DNA of 64,000 nucleotides from Callorhinchus milii (taxonomy: Eukaryota): assembly GCF_018977255.1 (NCBI RefSeq), contig NW_024704742.1, positions 100,628,001-100,692,000 on the forward strand, given 5' to 3'. Positions 11,890-24,489 of the stretch are shown piece after piece. Under the pieces are notes generated by a model that saw only the letters and a list, made by a program, of their open reading frames with translations, searched no databases and was not told where the DNA came from. The translations under genes and the position numbers were made by a program. Every line of letters begins with the position of its first letter. Position 1 is the stretch's first letter.

Positions 11890-13200
11890 CAGTAAAAGGG
11901 TAGTCAAAGAAGACATTAAAACCCTAAGGAGCCCAAGGGGTCTTTGAAACGAAAATGATCAGGAGATAGGGAACATATTAAACAAATACTTCCTAGAGGT
12001 TTTAATCAAGGAAGACACTTAAATATCATCTGCCCAACATCCAGCAAACATCGCTCGAGCTGCAGGACTTTAATACATATAGTGATGTGGTTCTAAAACC
12101 AACAAATCCCTTAACTCTGATGACCTGTACCACAGGATACTTAGAGAGACAAGGAAGGGGATTTGTGCAAAACTGAAAATTATGAGGAAGTAAAATGCCA
12201 CTGTAGAGATTTCAACAAACGGGAATCAAGCAAATCTGGTTCCTATATTCAAGAAAGGTAACAGAACCATATTGCAACGACAGATCCATCAGCCATCTCA
12301 ATAATTGGACAAATAACAGTCATCTGCAGAAAAAAAATGGAAGATTACTTATATAAAATAATCAAAGTAAATGACAACCAGCATGGATTCAGAAGAAGTA
12401 GATCTTGTTTAACAAACTGCATAGATTTTTATTAAGGATGTGAAATTGACTGTGGAAACCATATGATGTTGTGCACCTAGACTGCCAAAAGAGATTTTAC
12501 ACGAAAACACATGAGAGATTCTTCAAATCTGATGTCACTGGGTATTCTGGGTAAGTATGGACATGGATTCAGAAAACAGAGGGATAACAACAACAACTTG
12601 CATTTATATAGCGACCTTCATACAGGTTTGTGTCCTGGGAGCTAGCTAAAAAGGATGTGGTGTGGATTTTCACACTCAGTACAACATAGTTAAATTTACA
12701 AATGACACCAAGTGGGGAACTGTAGAATAAGGAGAGGCAGCAAAGGTCTTACCATTCAAACAGAGAAGGGAGTTTCTCCTGGTATCCTGGCCAACAAACC
12801 ACAAAATAAAATTGGTCATTCACTTCATAGCTGACTATAGGATATTGGTGTGCACAACTAGTACTCTGGTTAGACTGCACTTGGGAATACTGCATGCAGT
12901 TCTCGTCACCATGACAAAAGGAAGCAAGCCCTAGAGGTAGTGCAGAGGAGACTAACAAGGATCATCCCCAATATTAAGGTAATGATCTATCAGCAAAGAT
13001 AAGATAGGACTCTTCAGTCTTGAAAAGAGGCATATCAGAAGAGACCCTGTTGAGATATATAACATTTCAAATAAGATTTAAAAGGAAGCCCAGATATATC
13101 AAGACAGCAGAACAAATTCAGGGCAGCAAAGAGAGGATGGCATTCTGAAAGAATGGATTACATGGGTTGAAAGGCTTTCTTCATCCAAACTGAATTTGTG
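11890..13200 (+). mobile_element. Highly degenerate CR1 LINE ORF2 with small nested repeats
   Basis: PIFKKG (~12243) and QHGFRRSRSCLTN (~12380) RT motifs; GLFSLEKR (~13010). Confidence 0.75.
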
Positions 13201-14534
13201 AGATGAATGGACATATTATTTTGATTGAGAAATTGAAGAATTACAACATTAGGCTCTGTAACAAGACTCATACTTTATAATCTACATAACACTTATTCCT
13301 TTGCATTAAAAAGACTATGTGCAACCACTAACACATACACTCAAAGGTGACAGGGTCTCTGAGGTGACAGAGATGACATTCCCTTTGAAGCCTTGTCCAA
13401 TTGTTTGTCTGGTTGTTGCTGCGGGGCTGACTGACACCATTGCTTAGAGGAGAGAGATGAACCATGGAGCGAGGAGATATTTTGGTCAATGACATCGTTG
13501 TGCATTTCTATTAATAAACAAACATATCATATTTTTATGTCAATTTAATTTCATGAAATGTACAGCCTATGAAATATACATATCATCTTTACAATATTAT
13601 TCCTTACCGAAAATAATACAACATGCTATTAGATTTCTAATCATCCAATACATCTGTAATATAATAGATGTATGAAAGAAATCCTTTACAACAATTACCT
13701 TCCTCCCCACCTCGCTCTTGGTTAAAAACAACCAACTCAACACAAATTGGAGATAAATATTAGGACCTTCTTGTCTTATACTGCTCATATTCAACAACAA
13801 CAACAACAAGATTCCATTTATAAAGCGCCTTTCACGTCAGGAGGACGTCCCAAGGCGCTGGGCACTGACCTCACCATCTAAGTGCACCTACCTATATGAC
13901 TTTTGTATGAGAAAATCAATAATAACAAGTCAGTCTAATTTCTTCCCACACATACACACCATCTGGGTTTGGAAATAAGGCAGACCTGCTTCCAGGCTTC
14001 CACCAGTGCTATACCAAGATTTTTTATTTCCTAATATATGCATAAGACACAAACGTGAAGGAAGCTGTCCTGTCTATTTGGTGACATCCACTGCAGTATT
14101 TGCATTGGAGGTCAGTTTCACAAAGATATAAGCTGTACACTCATTTCGCTCGCATTTCTTCTATGTCTCTGGTTTTCTACCAATCAAAGAAACAGAACCC
14201 AAGAGCAAAGTGCAAGGTCAGATTGTATTTCTGCACAGATTGTGTTTGCTTTCCTTCACTGATTAAAATTTATGCAGGATTTACCCGTGACTTGCTGTCT
14301 ACAAGGAAAAGCATTGTATTACCTTCTTTTTTCAATCACCTTCTTTATAAAGAGAGAGTTTCTAAGGTCTGAATTTCCATCTAGTTTTTGCTTGTGAGAC
14401 ATTTTGTCTTAAAATTTAAGATTGCACAGAATTGCGGAAAATTCTTCAATTCAGTCTTAAATTCAAAGTTTTTTTCTAGAGTTCGTAAAATGACTTTGCT
14501 TCCCAATTCAGACTAAATTGTCATCTGTGATGTG

Positions 14535-14545
14535 TTAATCATTAC
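14535..14545 (-). CDS. Possible last coding exon (GND-stop) of the FAM186-like gene
   Basis: attacag|GTAATGATTAA is phase-compatible; weak pyrimidine tract; AATAAA on the minus strand near 14025. Confidence 0.3.
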
Positions 14546-14619
14546 CTGTAATAATGATAATTACTGCATTACATCATTAGAAAATTGTGCCCTATAAAAA
14601 AAGCATTTTTTGACAGATA

Positions 14620-15385
14620 ACAGGAAGCATTTCTTTATTAAGAGGGTAATTAATGACAAGAAAAAGTTATCCACAAGGATGATTGAGGCCAGAATGCTGG
14701 ACTCATTTAAGAAAAAGCTCTATACAGAACTGTAATGGGAGGACAGTAAGGTTGGTATTGTAGAAAAATGGGTAGTAGATTTAAAAGGGAGGAACTTCTT
14801 CATACAAAAGGTGGTGAGAATGTGGAACTCACTTCTGGAAGCTGTGGTTGAAGTAAAAAGCATTAATGCATTTAAGATGAAACTCGATGCATACAAGAAT
14901 GAGAAGGGAATCCTGTAGCTCAGTTATTAGAGCACTCGCCTTGCAAGCGAGAGACCTTGATTCCTGGCAGGGCGAAATGTTGGCCAAGTTTCCTAGGTCC
15001 ACACCTCTGTTTACCTAGCAGTACGTAGGAACGTGGTTGTTAGTCGATTAGTGGATTGGTTTTCCAGGGATAATAATTCCTTCAAAAAATAATAATAATA
15101 AATTGGTCACTCAATCCACGACTGTTTATGGGACACTGCTGTTTGCAATTGGCTACCGCATTTTGCCTACAAAATACAGTTAATTCACTTTACAGTATAT
15201 TCTGTGAAGCACTTTGAGATGTTTTGAACCCGTGATAAGGCACAATATCAAATCAAGAATTTTTATTATAAGGGTATAGAAAAGGTAATAGGAGGGGTGG
15301 ACATTTATGTGGAGTATAAACACCAGCATGGACCAGTTGGGCTGAATGGCCTGTTGCTGTACCATATTATTCCACGTAATTCTAC
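14620..15385 (+). mobile_element. CR1 3' ends interrupted by a SINE
   Basis: RNFFIQKVVRMWNSL, then 3' UTR GTATAAACACCAGCATGGACCAGTTGGGCTGAATGGCCTG; similar copy at ~33660-33890. Confidence 0.75.
14907..15270 (+). mobile_element. tRNA-derived SINE, long subfamily
   Basis: Extra segment CTCTGTTTACCTAGCAGTA..TAGGAAC..GGTTGTTAGTCGATT. Confidence 0.85.
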
Positions 15386-15683
15386 CTAATTATATGTAAA
15401 ATAAGTCAAAGAGTCTTCTTTATCCGAACTGTTCTTCTGATCTTGTGAATGCATGATTTAAAATGTCACAGGGCACAGTTTCATCCCAACATGTATAGCA
15501 TGGGAAAGCACAACAACAAATTGCATTTATGTAGCACCCCTTGCACAGGGTAGCGTCTCGGAGCGCTTGACAGTGGCAGAGCACAATGCCGAGCCGGCGG
15601 GAGGGGGAGCTGACCGTAGGCATGGTTGAATAGGAGGGTCTTCAGGCGTGACCTGAAAATGGGGAAGGAAGCGGCAAGGAAAC

Positions 15684-15992
15684 GGAGTCCTGTAGCTCAG
15701 TGGTTAGAGCACTCGCTTTGCAAGCGAGAAACCTGAGTTCAATTCCAGGCAGAGGGCGAAACCTTGGGCAAGTTTCCTTACTCCACACAGAGCCTAATAA
15801 TAATCCCTCTAAAACCAAAAACAATAATAAATTGGTCATTTTCAATCTACGACTGTTTGTGGGACATTGCTGTGCGCAATTGGCTGCCGCGTTCGCCCAC
15901 AAATATACAGTCAATTCACTTTACAGTGTGTTCTGTGAAGCGCTTTGGGACGTCCTCCCAACGTGAAAAGCGCTATATCAAATGCAAGGATT
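15684..15992 (+). mobile_element. Young tRNA(Ala)-derived SINE, short subfamily, inserted in an L2
   Basis: A box TAGCTCAGTGG, TTGCA anticodon loop, B box GTTCAATTCC, Deu-like 3' block, L2-type tail. Confidence 0.9.
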
Positions 15993-16119
15993 AAATTAAA
16001 TTTAAGGCGGAAGGATAGAGGAAGGGTGTCCCAGAGTTTCGGGGCATAGTGGCTGAAAACACAAAACTAAACTGCAAGTTTGTACTTATGCAGCTTTTAC
16101 TCACTCAAGACAGACTTAC

Positions 16120-16191
16120 CTTTGCCTTTGTGTTGTCTGAAACTAATTTCAGATGATGTCTGTATGGATGGAAGTCTCTGTATAGTTAACT
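16120..16191 (-). CDS. FAM186-like gene, near-terminal exon
   Basis: tttacag|ELTIQRLPSIQTSSEISFRQHKGK|gtaagt, 72 bp, phase 1 to 1. Confidence 0.6.
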
Positions 16192-16349
16192 CTGTAAATT
16201 GACAATAAAATATACACTGATAAATTGTAAGATACATCTTAAATTCATAACCACGTTGACTGATTTTGGAAAAATGTTTAATGCTCCATGGCAGTCTATG
16301 GTGATTCACATTTTTCCTTGTGTTGAGAATCAGACTAACTATTTTTTGC

Positions 16350-16952
16350 CATACAACCTAAAGTTCTAATGGGTAGGGTGGTACTAGTTGAACAAGCAAG
16401 GGGAACTTGCCAGACAGAAGGTGAGGGGCAAGCTGCTTAAACTCTAGCAACTCACACTCTATGAATCTATGCTTAATAATCTCTAGACAAGCAGGTTGCA
16501 TCATCCAGGAAGAGAGTGTGCATTCCATTCCAGACAAATGAATTTTCCCAGCATAGGTGGCATGCATACATAAAACTCTTATCCTGGCCTGGATTCTCTT
16601 AAGCACAGGAAGATGGTAGCAACGCTCTGATGCATTTCATGCTGAAATGTCTTGCCCACCAGGAAGCTACCTACCATCCACCCAGCGAGGGCTCAAATGC
16701 ACACTTGTCAGATGTCGAGCGACCAACTCATGACTATCCTCCGTGGAGGGGGATGGGTAGGAGGGGAAAGGTAAGCAGGGTCTCCTTTGAGCTGAACTGG
16801 CTCTAAAGTGACATGCCTGGCAATGGAATGTCAGAATCAAGCCAGCCCTCTGGCAGTCCAGGACACTGCTGATGACAGCACAGCCAGTCTACGTCATCAG
16901 CAGGATCTGGAAGGGCAGACCAGTCACTGAGAGCCGGGAGTCATCCCACTCA
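16350..16952 (+). repeat. Unclassified repeat, circularly permuted copy
   Basis: The 3' half (16350-16724) precedes the 5' half (16722-16952). Confidence 0.7.
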
Positions 16953-17216
16953 ACCAATTATGCCCAGCAGTGTCCCACAAACAACTGTAAATTGAAGTGA
17001 CCAATGTTTTAAAAAGGAATTATTACCCCCGCAAAAACGCAATCCGCCAATCGACTAACAACCAGGTTCCTACTTAATTGCTAGGTTAATTGCTTAATTG
17101 CTACTTAATTGCTAACAGAGGCTTGTGGAGTAAGGAAACTTGCCAACATTTTGCCCTGCCTGGAACCGAACCCAGGTTTCTCGCTTGCGAGGTGAGTGCT
17201 CTAACCACTGAGCTAC
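16953..17216 (-). mobile_element. tRNA-derived SINE, long subfamily, 3'-truncated
   Basis: Head plus extra segment; internal CTTAATTGCTA stutter. Confidence 0.8.
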
Positions 17217-17482
17217 GAACTTGAATATTAACCTGAATAAGCAGATGGGACCTTGATTTAACGTTTCATCTGAAGGAACTATATTTAGAGTTTAAGGCTA
17301 ATTCAATAGTACTTTCAACAATTTCTATATATCGATCACACCAAGACATCTTTCCTGCCCCCACACCCCTCGGCTCCCACTGCTAGTTCGGGTCAAACCC
17401 TGGTCTGACCAGTGCCTTGGGACATCCTCCGCTTGAAGGGCGCTATATAAATGTAAAGTTGATGATGTTGTTAATTACCTAC

Positions 17483-17619
17483 CTTCAATTTTGAGAGAGC
17501 TCTTTGGTAAAGGTATGTGCAGCAATGATGGATGCTTTATTGCGAAGTAGCTTCGGAGTTTGCTGTGTGGTGAATTCTTCCCTTTTGTTTCTTGCAGTGT
17601 TTCCTCTGGTTTCTTGCAA
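17483..17619 (-). CDS. FAM186-like gene, exon
   Basis: ccatag|(S)CKKPEETLQ...LHIPLPKSSLKIE|gtaggt, phase 2 to 1, which reconciles the flanking exon phases. Confidence 0.65.
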
Positions 17620-18070
17620 CTATGGAGGGGTGGGGTATTCAATGTGATAATTATCACAACAACAAAAAGTGACAGGGTGGAGGAGGCTAATTGTTAAGGT
17701 GAGATGGGGGTGTTTATTCCCAAACCAGTTGTTAGAAAGATTGGTGAGGACAGAAAAGAAAACATTTTCTATCCTTATGATAATTATGACAGATGATAAT
17801 TGATCACATAATGCATTTTACCTCTTTAGTGGGATGAGTGTATCCAATCTGAGGCACTGCATATCCTTTATCCCATTAATTTCTGCCTGTGCCTTGATTC
17901 AGATGATCTAATTTTTTTTAGAATTTTTACATTTTGAGTTTTGACTAGAAAAAAAATTGTAACACTCATCGATTCTATTTCCCACATAAACGATGAACTA
18001 AAATAAAGGATAAGCGCTAGTCATTGCTATTCTTTTAAAATAAATATTTTCACGCAAATAAATGCATTAC

Positions 18071-18285
18071 CTGACGTTTTGCTGAGCAATTTGAATTCGT
18101 TTTAAATCTAGTTCTAGAATTCGTGAAGTGTTGAAAAACAATTTTTCGGATGGTGTCAAGGGTCGTGGGTAAGCAGTATCCCTTTCCCAAACACCCTGAA
18201 GATACTGCTGAACACACACTGGCTTGTTGTTTGAATAGATTGATTGAAGTCCTTCATGGATGCTCCTAGGAAGACCTGATAACTG
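18071..18285 (-). CDS. FAM186-like gene, exon
   Basis: NAGNAG acceptor ttccag|cag; QLSGLPRS...GVWERDTAYPRPLTPSEKLFFNTSRILELDLKRIQIAQQNV; AG|gtaatg; phase 0 to 2. Confidence 0.75.
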
Positions 18286-19258
18286 CTGGAAACAAAAGAT
18301 AATAATCCTTACATTTAATATGGCACCTTTCACGTCAGTAGGATGTCTCAAAGCATTTCACAGGATATGCCATAAACTAGAATGACTGGTTATTTTGTGG
18401 GTGAACCCGACAGTGGATTTGTGCTTAGCAATGTTCCACAAATAGCCATGAAGTGAATAACCAATTTTATTTGATCAGTGACTAGTTGTTAATTGTGCCA
18501 GCATCTAGTGTTTAGGAAGTCCGAGGACTGAAATGATATATGGCCTTATGCTTTAAGATCATTTTCTTAAACTGTAAGATCATCTTGAATTTTGGCAAAT
18601 TCTTAAATACACTCTTGGAAGATGGGCTTCTCGACAGAACCTAAAAAAATGTTCTCAGAAATTAGGGGAGAGGGTATTTTCCAAAGAGATTTTATTTTTT
18701 GCTAGCTGATTAAAAAAAATGAATGGTAATCAGAAATCTTCCCTCAGAATGCCTGGAGTTTGACAACTGTAGGTGATGATAATGGTAAAAAAAATCTGTT
18801 TTGAACTATTTACATTTGAAGTTCTAGTTAAAGAGATATTATCTAAGAAGTACCTACATCACGAAATGTGCCTGGTTGCAATGATCCTGTTGATAGTTGC
18901 AAGTGTTCACTAACAGAATTCAGTGACTGATGTCAGCTGACCTATGCCAAACTCTCCAATTGATGCTAAACACAGTCATAGTGAACAATATTTCTCCTAA
19001 CGTTTGGAAGGTTTTGTAATATTAAAAAAATTAAGAGTACACAGATGGAATCCTAGTTGCATTCTGATGTACTTAGAGAATTTTCTTGGAAGGGAACAGT
19101 TGGCTTGAACAGCTCCATGTTTAGGGCTAATTTAATACAAAACTAAGTTTGAATCTTGTGATCCATGCAGTGTAAATAGAGCATTCTATTCATGGATTAT
19201 AATTTGTTAGGCAATGATTTGTATTCTCTTCATTAGTAGTTTAAAACATTCTGAATAC

Positions 19259-19403
19259 CTGCATAGAGGAAGCGACGTTTGAAGAGCGAACAGCTTGTTC
19301 ATAAAGTGCAGAAGAAGGTGCAGGTACTTGGAGAATCTGCTTGTTCTTTATTGAGAGTTTTCGACGCAAACTTACTTTAATCTTGTTTTTCATGCAAGCA
19401 GGC
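19259..19403 (-). CDS. FAM186-like gene, exon
   Basis: actttag|(R)PACMKNKIKVSLRRKLS...ASSMQ|gtattc, phase 2 to 0; an in-phase internal donor AAA|gtaagt near 19376 could shorten it. Confidence 0.6.
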
Positions 19404-19468
19404 CTAAAGTCACGATTGATAAAATATATTGAAAACAAAATGAATGCACAAGGTATCATAATATATAA

Positions 19469-19778
19469 GGAGCCCTGTAGCTCAGTGGTTAGAGACTCAC
19501 CTTGCAAGGAGAGACACCTGGATTCAATTCCAGGCAGGGCGAAACCTTGCGCACGTTTCCTTACTCCACACGCCTAATAATAATCCCTCCAAAACAAAAA
19601 TAAATTGGTCATTTTAAAATCCACGACTGTTTGTGGGACACTGCTGTGCGCAATTGGCTGCTGCGTTTCGCCCAAAAATATACAGTCCATTCACTTTACA
19701 GTCTACTCTGTGAAGCGCTTTGAGACGTCGAGAAAACGTGAAAAGCGCTATATTAAATGCAAGGTTTATTATTATTAT
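19469..19778 (+). mobile_element. tRNA-derived SINE, short subfamily
   Basis: Same head and body, (TAT)n tail. Confidence 0.9.
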
Positions 19779-20789
19779 ATAAACTGTTTAAAGAAAATTG
19801 GATAATGATAGTTTCTTCTTCAGAGTGAATTTGATATCAGTACAGGCTTTGTTTCCATTAAATTTAATAACACTATAACAATACCTTGCACTTATACAGC
19901 TCCTATAGTTGTGGGAAAGGCATTGGGAGGGGTCTAATTTGTGAGATGTTCTAACCATATGCAAACATGTGTAAAGAGGGAATTAAAGATACTCCTTAAT
20001 TACATAGTTTGGAATCAGCAATTTGTCCTGAAAGATTCTGTAATCATAAACCTAATGAAGGGAAGCAATGAAGTTAGAGGCCTTGACCTTTAACAGGCTT
20101 TGTGTTAGGGCAAGAACAGTAACATTTAGGACCGTCATGTGGATAGATGTCTTGATACTTTACATGGAGATTAGTATCAGGAGCAAAAAATATAATTTTA
20201 TAAGTATTTTCAATTTCCACACCGGGCACCCTAAAAGTAGAGCTTTTAAATCTGGAACTAACCAGGAGTGTGGGGGAAGTCAGGGAGAGCAACAAAGCAA
20301 TCTTAAGAAATTGCCTGGGAAATAGAGATTTTTGATCTATATCTCTGAGACCACCACATGCATTTAGGCAGATAGCATCAAAGATAAGGATAGGGGTCAG
20401 ATACAGAGTCATAAAGAACCACATAGATCAGATGAATTGAAGTACAGCTCCGAGAGTGACAGAGAGATTGGGTAGATCATAAGTGTAAATCCCGGAATGC
20501 AAGAAGGAGCTAAAATCAGAGATAATATGAAACAGAGGGACCCCAATTACCTCCATTGAACCTATGTTGTTGCGAGCTCCTTTGTAAGACAAAGAACAGA
20601 AGTCTCCTCCCAATTGTCTGCACTTTTCTTCCACTGTGTTACATTGTTCCTTTAAAATATGTGTCCATAAACCTAATAAGGCCCCACCTGAACCATACGA
20701 TTGTTTTTAAAGGCACAAAAGAAGGACATATGGCCCATTGTGTGAAGAAATATGTAATAATGTAATAATTCATATAATAAATCATTATC

Positions 20790-21108
20790 ACTTAGTTGAG
20801 ATGTTTCAAAACGCTCACAGAATATATTGTAAAATCCATGTTAAGTGGATTGACTGTGTATTTTTGGGCGAATCGAGGCAGCCAATTGAGCACAGCAGTG
20901 TCCCACAAACAGTCGGGGATTGATCGACCAATTGGTTTTGAGGAATTATTACCCCGGAAAGCGATCCACCAATCGATTAACAACCAAGTTCCTACTTTTC
21001 GCTAGGTAAACAGAGGCATGTGGCATAAGGAAACTTGCCTAAGGTTTTGTCCAGCCTGGGTCCTCTCGCTTGCGAGTCGAGTGCTCTAACCATTACGCTA
21101 CAGGACTC
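20790..21108 (-). mobile_element. tRNA-derived SINE, long subfamily
   Basis: Head, extra segment and Deu-like block. Confidence 0.85.
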
Positions 21109-21169
21109 CACAAATGTATCTCTCGGTACTGGTAGATTTTTCAGAACAAACAAGATAGTTCACCTAGCT

Positions 21170-21720
21170 TCTTAAGAACATAAGAATTAGGAGCAGGAGT
21201 AGGCCATTCGGCCCCTCGAGCCTGCCCCGCCCTTCCATAAGATCATGGCTGATCTTCAGACACAACTCTAATTACCTGCCCTATCCCCATATCCCCTAAT
21301 CCCTCTGTTTTTTAAAAATCTATCAGTCTCAGCCTTGAAGATGTTCAAGGACTGAGCATTTACAGCCTTTTGGGGTAGTGAATTCCATAAAGTCACTACC
21401 CTCTGAGTGAAGAAATGTTTCCTCAACTCTGTTCTAAAAGGCTGACCCTTAATTTTAAGACTGTGACCCCTGGTTATAGATTCTCCTACCAGGGGAAACA
21501 GTCCCTCTGTGTCTACTTTATCCAGCCCTTTAAGAATCTTATATGTTTCAATAAGATCTCCCTATTCTTCTGTACTCTAGAGAATATAGCCCTAGTTTAT
21601 TCAGCCTATCCTCATAGGTCAGTCCCCTCACCCCAGGAACTAACCGAGTGAGTCTACGTTGCACCCCCTCTAGGGCAAGTATGTCCTTTTTTAAATATGG
21701 AGTCCAAAACCGCACACAAT
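21170..21720 (-). mobile_element. CR1 LINE 3' fragment
   Basis: AAGAACATAAGAATTAGGAGCAGGAGTAGGCCATTCGGCCCCTCGAGCCTG tail, followed by ORF2 C-terminal remnants. Confidence 0.85.
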
Positions 21721-21750
21721 AAAAAGTAGCAAATAATGTATCTGACGTAC

Positions 21751-21893
21751 CTTCCTTTCCAGGATAGTAATGGCTTTATTAAGAACAACCCAGATTCCTC
21801 CTCAATGTTTTCCAAGGTGCTCATTAAAGTGTTGGCAAGCTTTGACCTTTGTTCTGTAAATTTTAAGGATTGTTCATTCCATATTTGCCTTTT
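21751..21893 (-). CDS. FAM186-like gene, exon (C-terminal helical domain)
   Basis: ttttcag|KRQIWNEQSLKFTEQRSKLANTLMSTLENIEEESGLFLIKPLLSWKG|gtacgt, phase 0 to 2. Confidence 0.8.
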
Positions 21894-22500
21894 CTGAAAA
21901 TATTTGAAATAATTAGTAAATGTAGAGTTGCAGTTCTGAGACTGGTCTCAATATTGTGGGAACCCATTTCCGATATGAGCTGTTTTTGAAGCATGATTCC
22001 CATGAGTCCCATGAGTTAATTCTCCCATGAGAATGTGCTCTAATTCTGGTTATCAGAATGAATCCCTGCTTGGATGTCTAACTACATCGTAGAGGAATTC
22101 TGCTCTTATTGATCTACTTCTGAAGTAGCATTCCCATGGCTCAGAGTGCATTCTTCTGGTTACCGATTACTGGCACATGCCCGTTTGGTAAATTGGAATT
22201 GTTATTGGGGGATCCCTTTAAGAAACCCTGCAATTCAGCCCGAATGATACAATGAAGGGTGTCATTATCTTTCTTTCAAGGTGAAATAATGTGCAATTGA
22301 TTTCTCTTGAATTCTGAGCTGAATATATACCATATACTGTAATATTTAATTGTGTATTTAGGATACAATACATTAACTGTAAATCAAAGTCAGGTGTAGT
22401 TTATTAGCTGTATTAAATATCATTAGATTGTTTTAGAAATAGTTGCAATACCCTGACTATATCATTTTGAAAGTCATGTTAAATAACTGCAATAAAATAC

Positions 22501-22680
22501 CTTTTCATGTAGCTCCTCCATTCTTTTGAAGACTTCTGGATGATCCTGTGAGGCAGCAACTTTGCGTATGATGTTTTCTTCTGTTTCTTTTAAGATGACA
22601 TACTGAGAATATTGCATTACTAACTGATTGAATCTCTTCTTCTGTAAGCCAATATATTCTTCCATGTTCTGAATTGCATT
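22501..22680 (-). CDS. FAM186-like gene, exon (C-terminal helical domain)
   Basis: cttacag|NAIQNMEEYIGLQKKRFNQLVMQYSQYVILKETEENI...MEELHEK|gtattt, 180 bp, phase 0. Confidence 0.8.
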
Positions 22681-24018
22681 CTGTAAGAAGTTGTCAGCAA
22701 CAATGAGTTCATGTCAGTAGAGCAAATACTGGAAAATTAAATTATTTAGAACAAAGCAGGGTTGGTAGGCCAACAATTGAAAACTTGTTAAGAGGACGAT
22801 AAAAAAGACTTATGACACTACAGTAGAGCCCTATTAAAATCTACCAGTGGGGGTTCACAAAATCCAGACAACAGAGCCCAGTTGCTGGTCAGTGGTTCTG
22901 TATTATTACTGTGTATGCACAGGGTGTATGAAATTATGTTGGCTGCGACCAGATGACTTGACACTTGGTTTCTGACGGCCAGTGTTTTTAAGTGCCGATG
23001 GAGTGCATTTGGGATTTTTGGGGTAAGTAAATATCAATGTCCACATCACCTGGTGCTATAGGTGAATCTATGTTATAACAAGATTCTAGTGTATTCGAAA
23101 AGAGAAGAGTGTTTTTCCTGGTGACCTGGCCAACAATCCTCCAAATAAAATTACGATCGTTTGTGGGACGTTGCTGTTCCCGAATTTTGCCGCATTTCAC
23201 CCACAAGGTACAAAATCACTCCACTTTACAGTATATCCCATTGACACTTTGTGACATTCTCCTTATGTGAACGTTGTATCAAACACATGATGTTTATAAG
23301 CATTGTATCAATAAAGACGTAAGCAATAAGCAGGCTGTTCAATTTGGGACTGCGAGTGGAAAATTAGAAGAAAATGGATGTGAAATAAACAAGCTTTGAT
23401 TGAAGCAAAATTGTTCTCCCTCTCTCCTCCCACCTACCTCCACATTCACAACACACAGAGTAATGGATCTGTGGAACAGATTCCCAAAAGCAGTTAATGA
23501 TATGTCAATTAACTTAATTAAAAATAAGACAAATGAGCATCTGATCAGGAATGGGATTGAGGACTAGATGGAGATAATGGCCTACAATACTTTATAGTGA
23601 ATCCCGTGAAATGCTTTGAGATGTCCACACAACAAAAAAGAGACTCTTTCAAATGCAAGGATTATTATTATCATTATTATCATTATTACTATCATTATCA
23701 AAAACTTTGTGAAACACAATGCTTCCAGAGCTGACAGGACCAGTGGAAATGTTATGAGAAGCAACCAGTCAATGAAAAATATTGTAAGCTACATAGATAT
23801 CCTGAACAGTTGCTCAGATATCCTTGAGGGCAAGGGAGAAAATTGTTCTCCTGCAGAATAAATACACTGTGTAAAAATTGTCTACAGTCAATGCAAGGAA
23901 CAAACTTGATGCGCCAAATTTCATGTTTATTTTCTTAAATGCTTGTTTCTTTTCAACAGTTCTTGCTTAAGTTCTGAAAGTCATTGCATTTAAAAACATA
24001 GATATTTGTCAATATCAC

Positions 24019-24198
24019 CTTGTAATTGTCTTTGGAGACAAAGTTCCTGTTGAGACCCTGCCTTAAAACTCTGGTATTATGTACTGCATCTGTTCTCATG
24101 AATAAGACAGTCAAATCAGGATCCTGCAGTTCATCTGTTACAGGGCAGCCTTCTGTTGTGTCCTGTGGTATCTTTGTTTGACTGAATGCATCCATTTC
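24019..24198 (-). CDS. FAM186-like gene, exon
   Basis: gcatag|EMDAFSQ...LFMRTDAVHNTRVLRQGLNRNFVSKDNYK|gtgata, 180 bp, phase 0. Confidence 0.75.
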
Positions 24199-24489
24199 CT
24201 ATGCATCAAATATACAAATTAGGATGATACATCAATCAGAATAAGAGCAGTCCTTAACAGGGGCGTTTTTTGTATGGGCTACACATCCCCTTATTTAGTC
24301 CTCTCCCTTTCAGGATTCCTGGGCCTCGGCCATGGTTGCAAAAAAAAACTGGGGTGCAAAGTATCCTCTCAATGGTAACATATGTGAAGAACAGACATCA
24401 GGAGTTATTTCTGTATGCAGACTGTTGTCAACAGTTGAAACGAGTTACCAGAAACCATGGTTGAGGCCAGGATTCATTCAGAAAACAGT

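Noticed and set aside
15684..15755. tRNA-Ala(TGC)-like genes, many copies
   Set aside because: They are SINE heads: no proper acceptor stem, and each continues into the SINE body and tail
16865..16905. CTGATGA in the unknown repeat as a hammerhead ribozyme
   Set aside because: No GAAA follows a stem II on either strand; it is simply an inverted repeat stem
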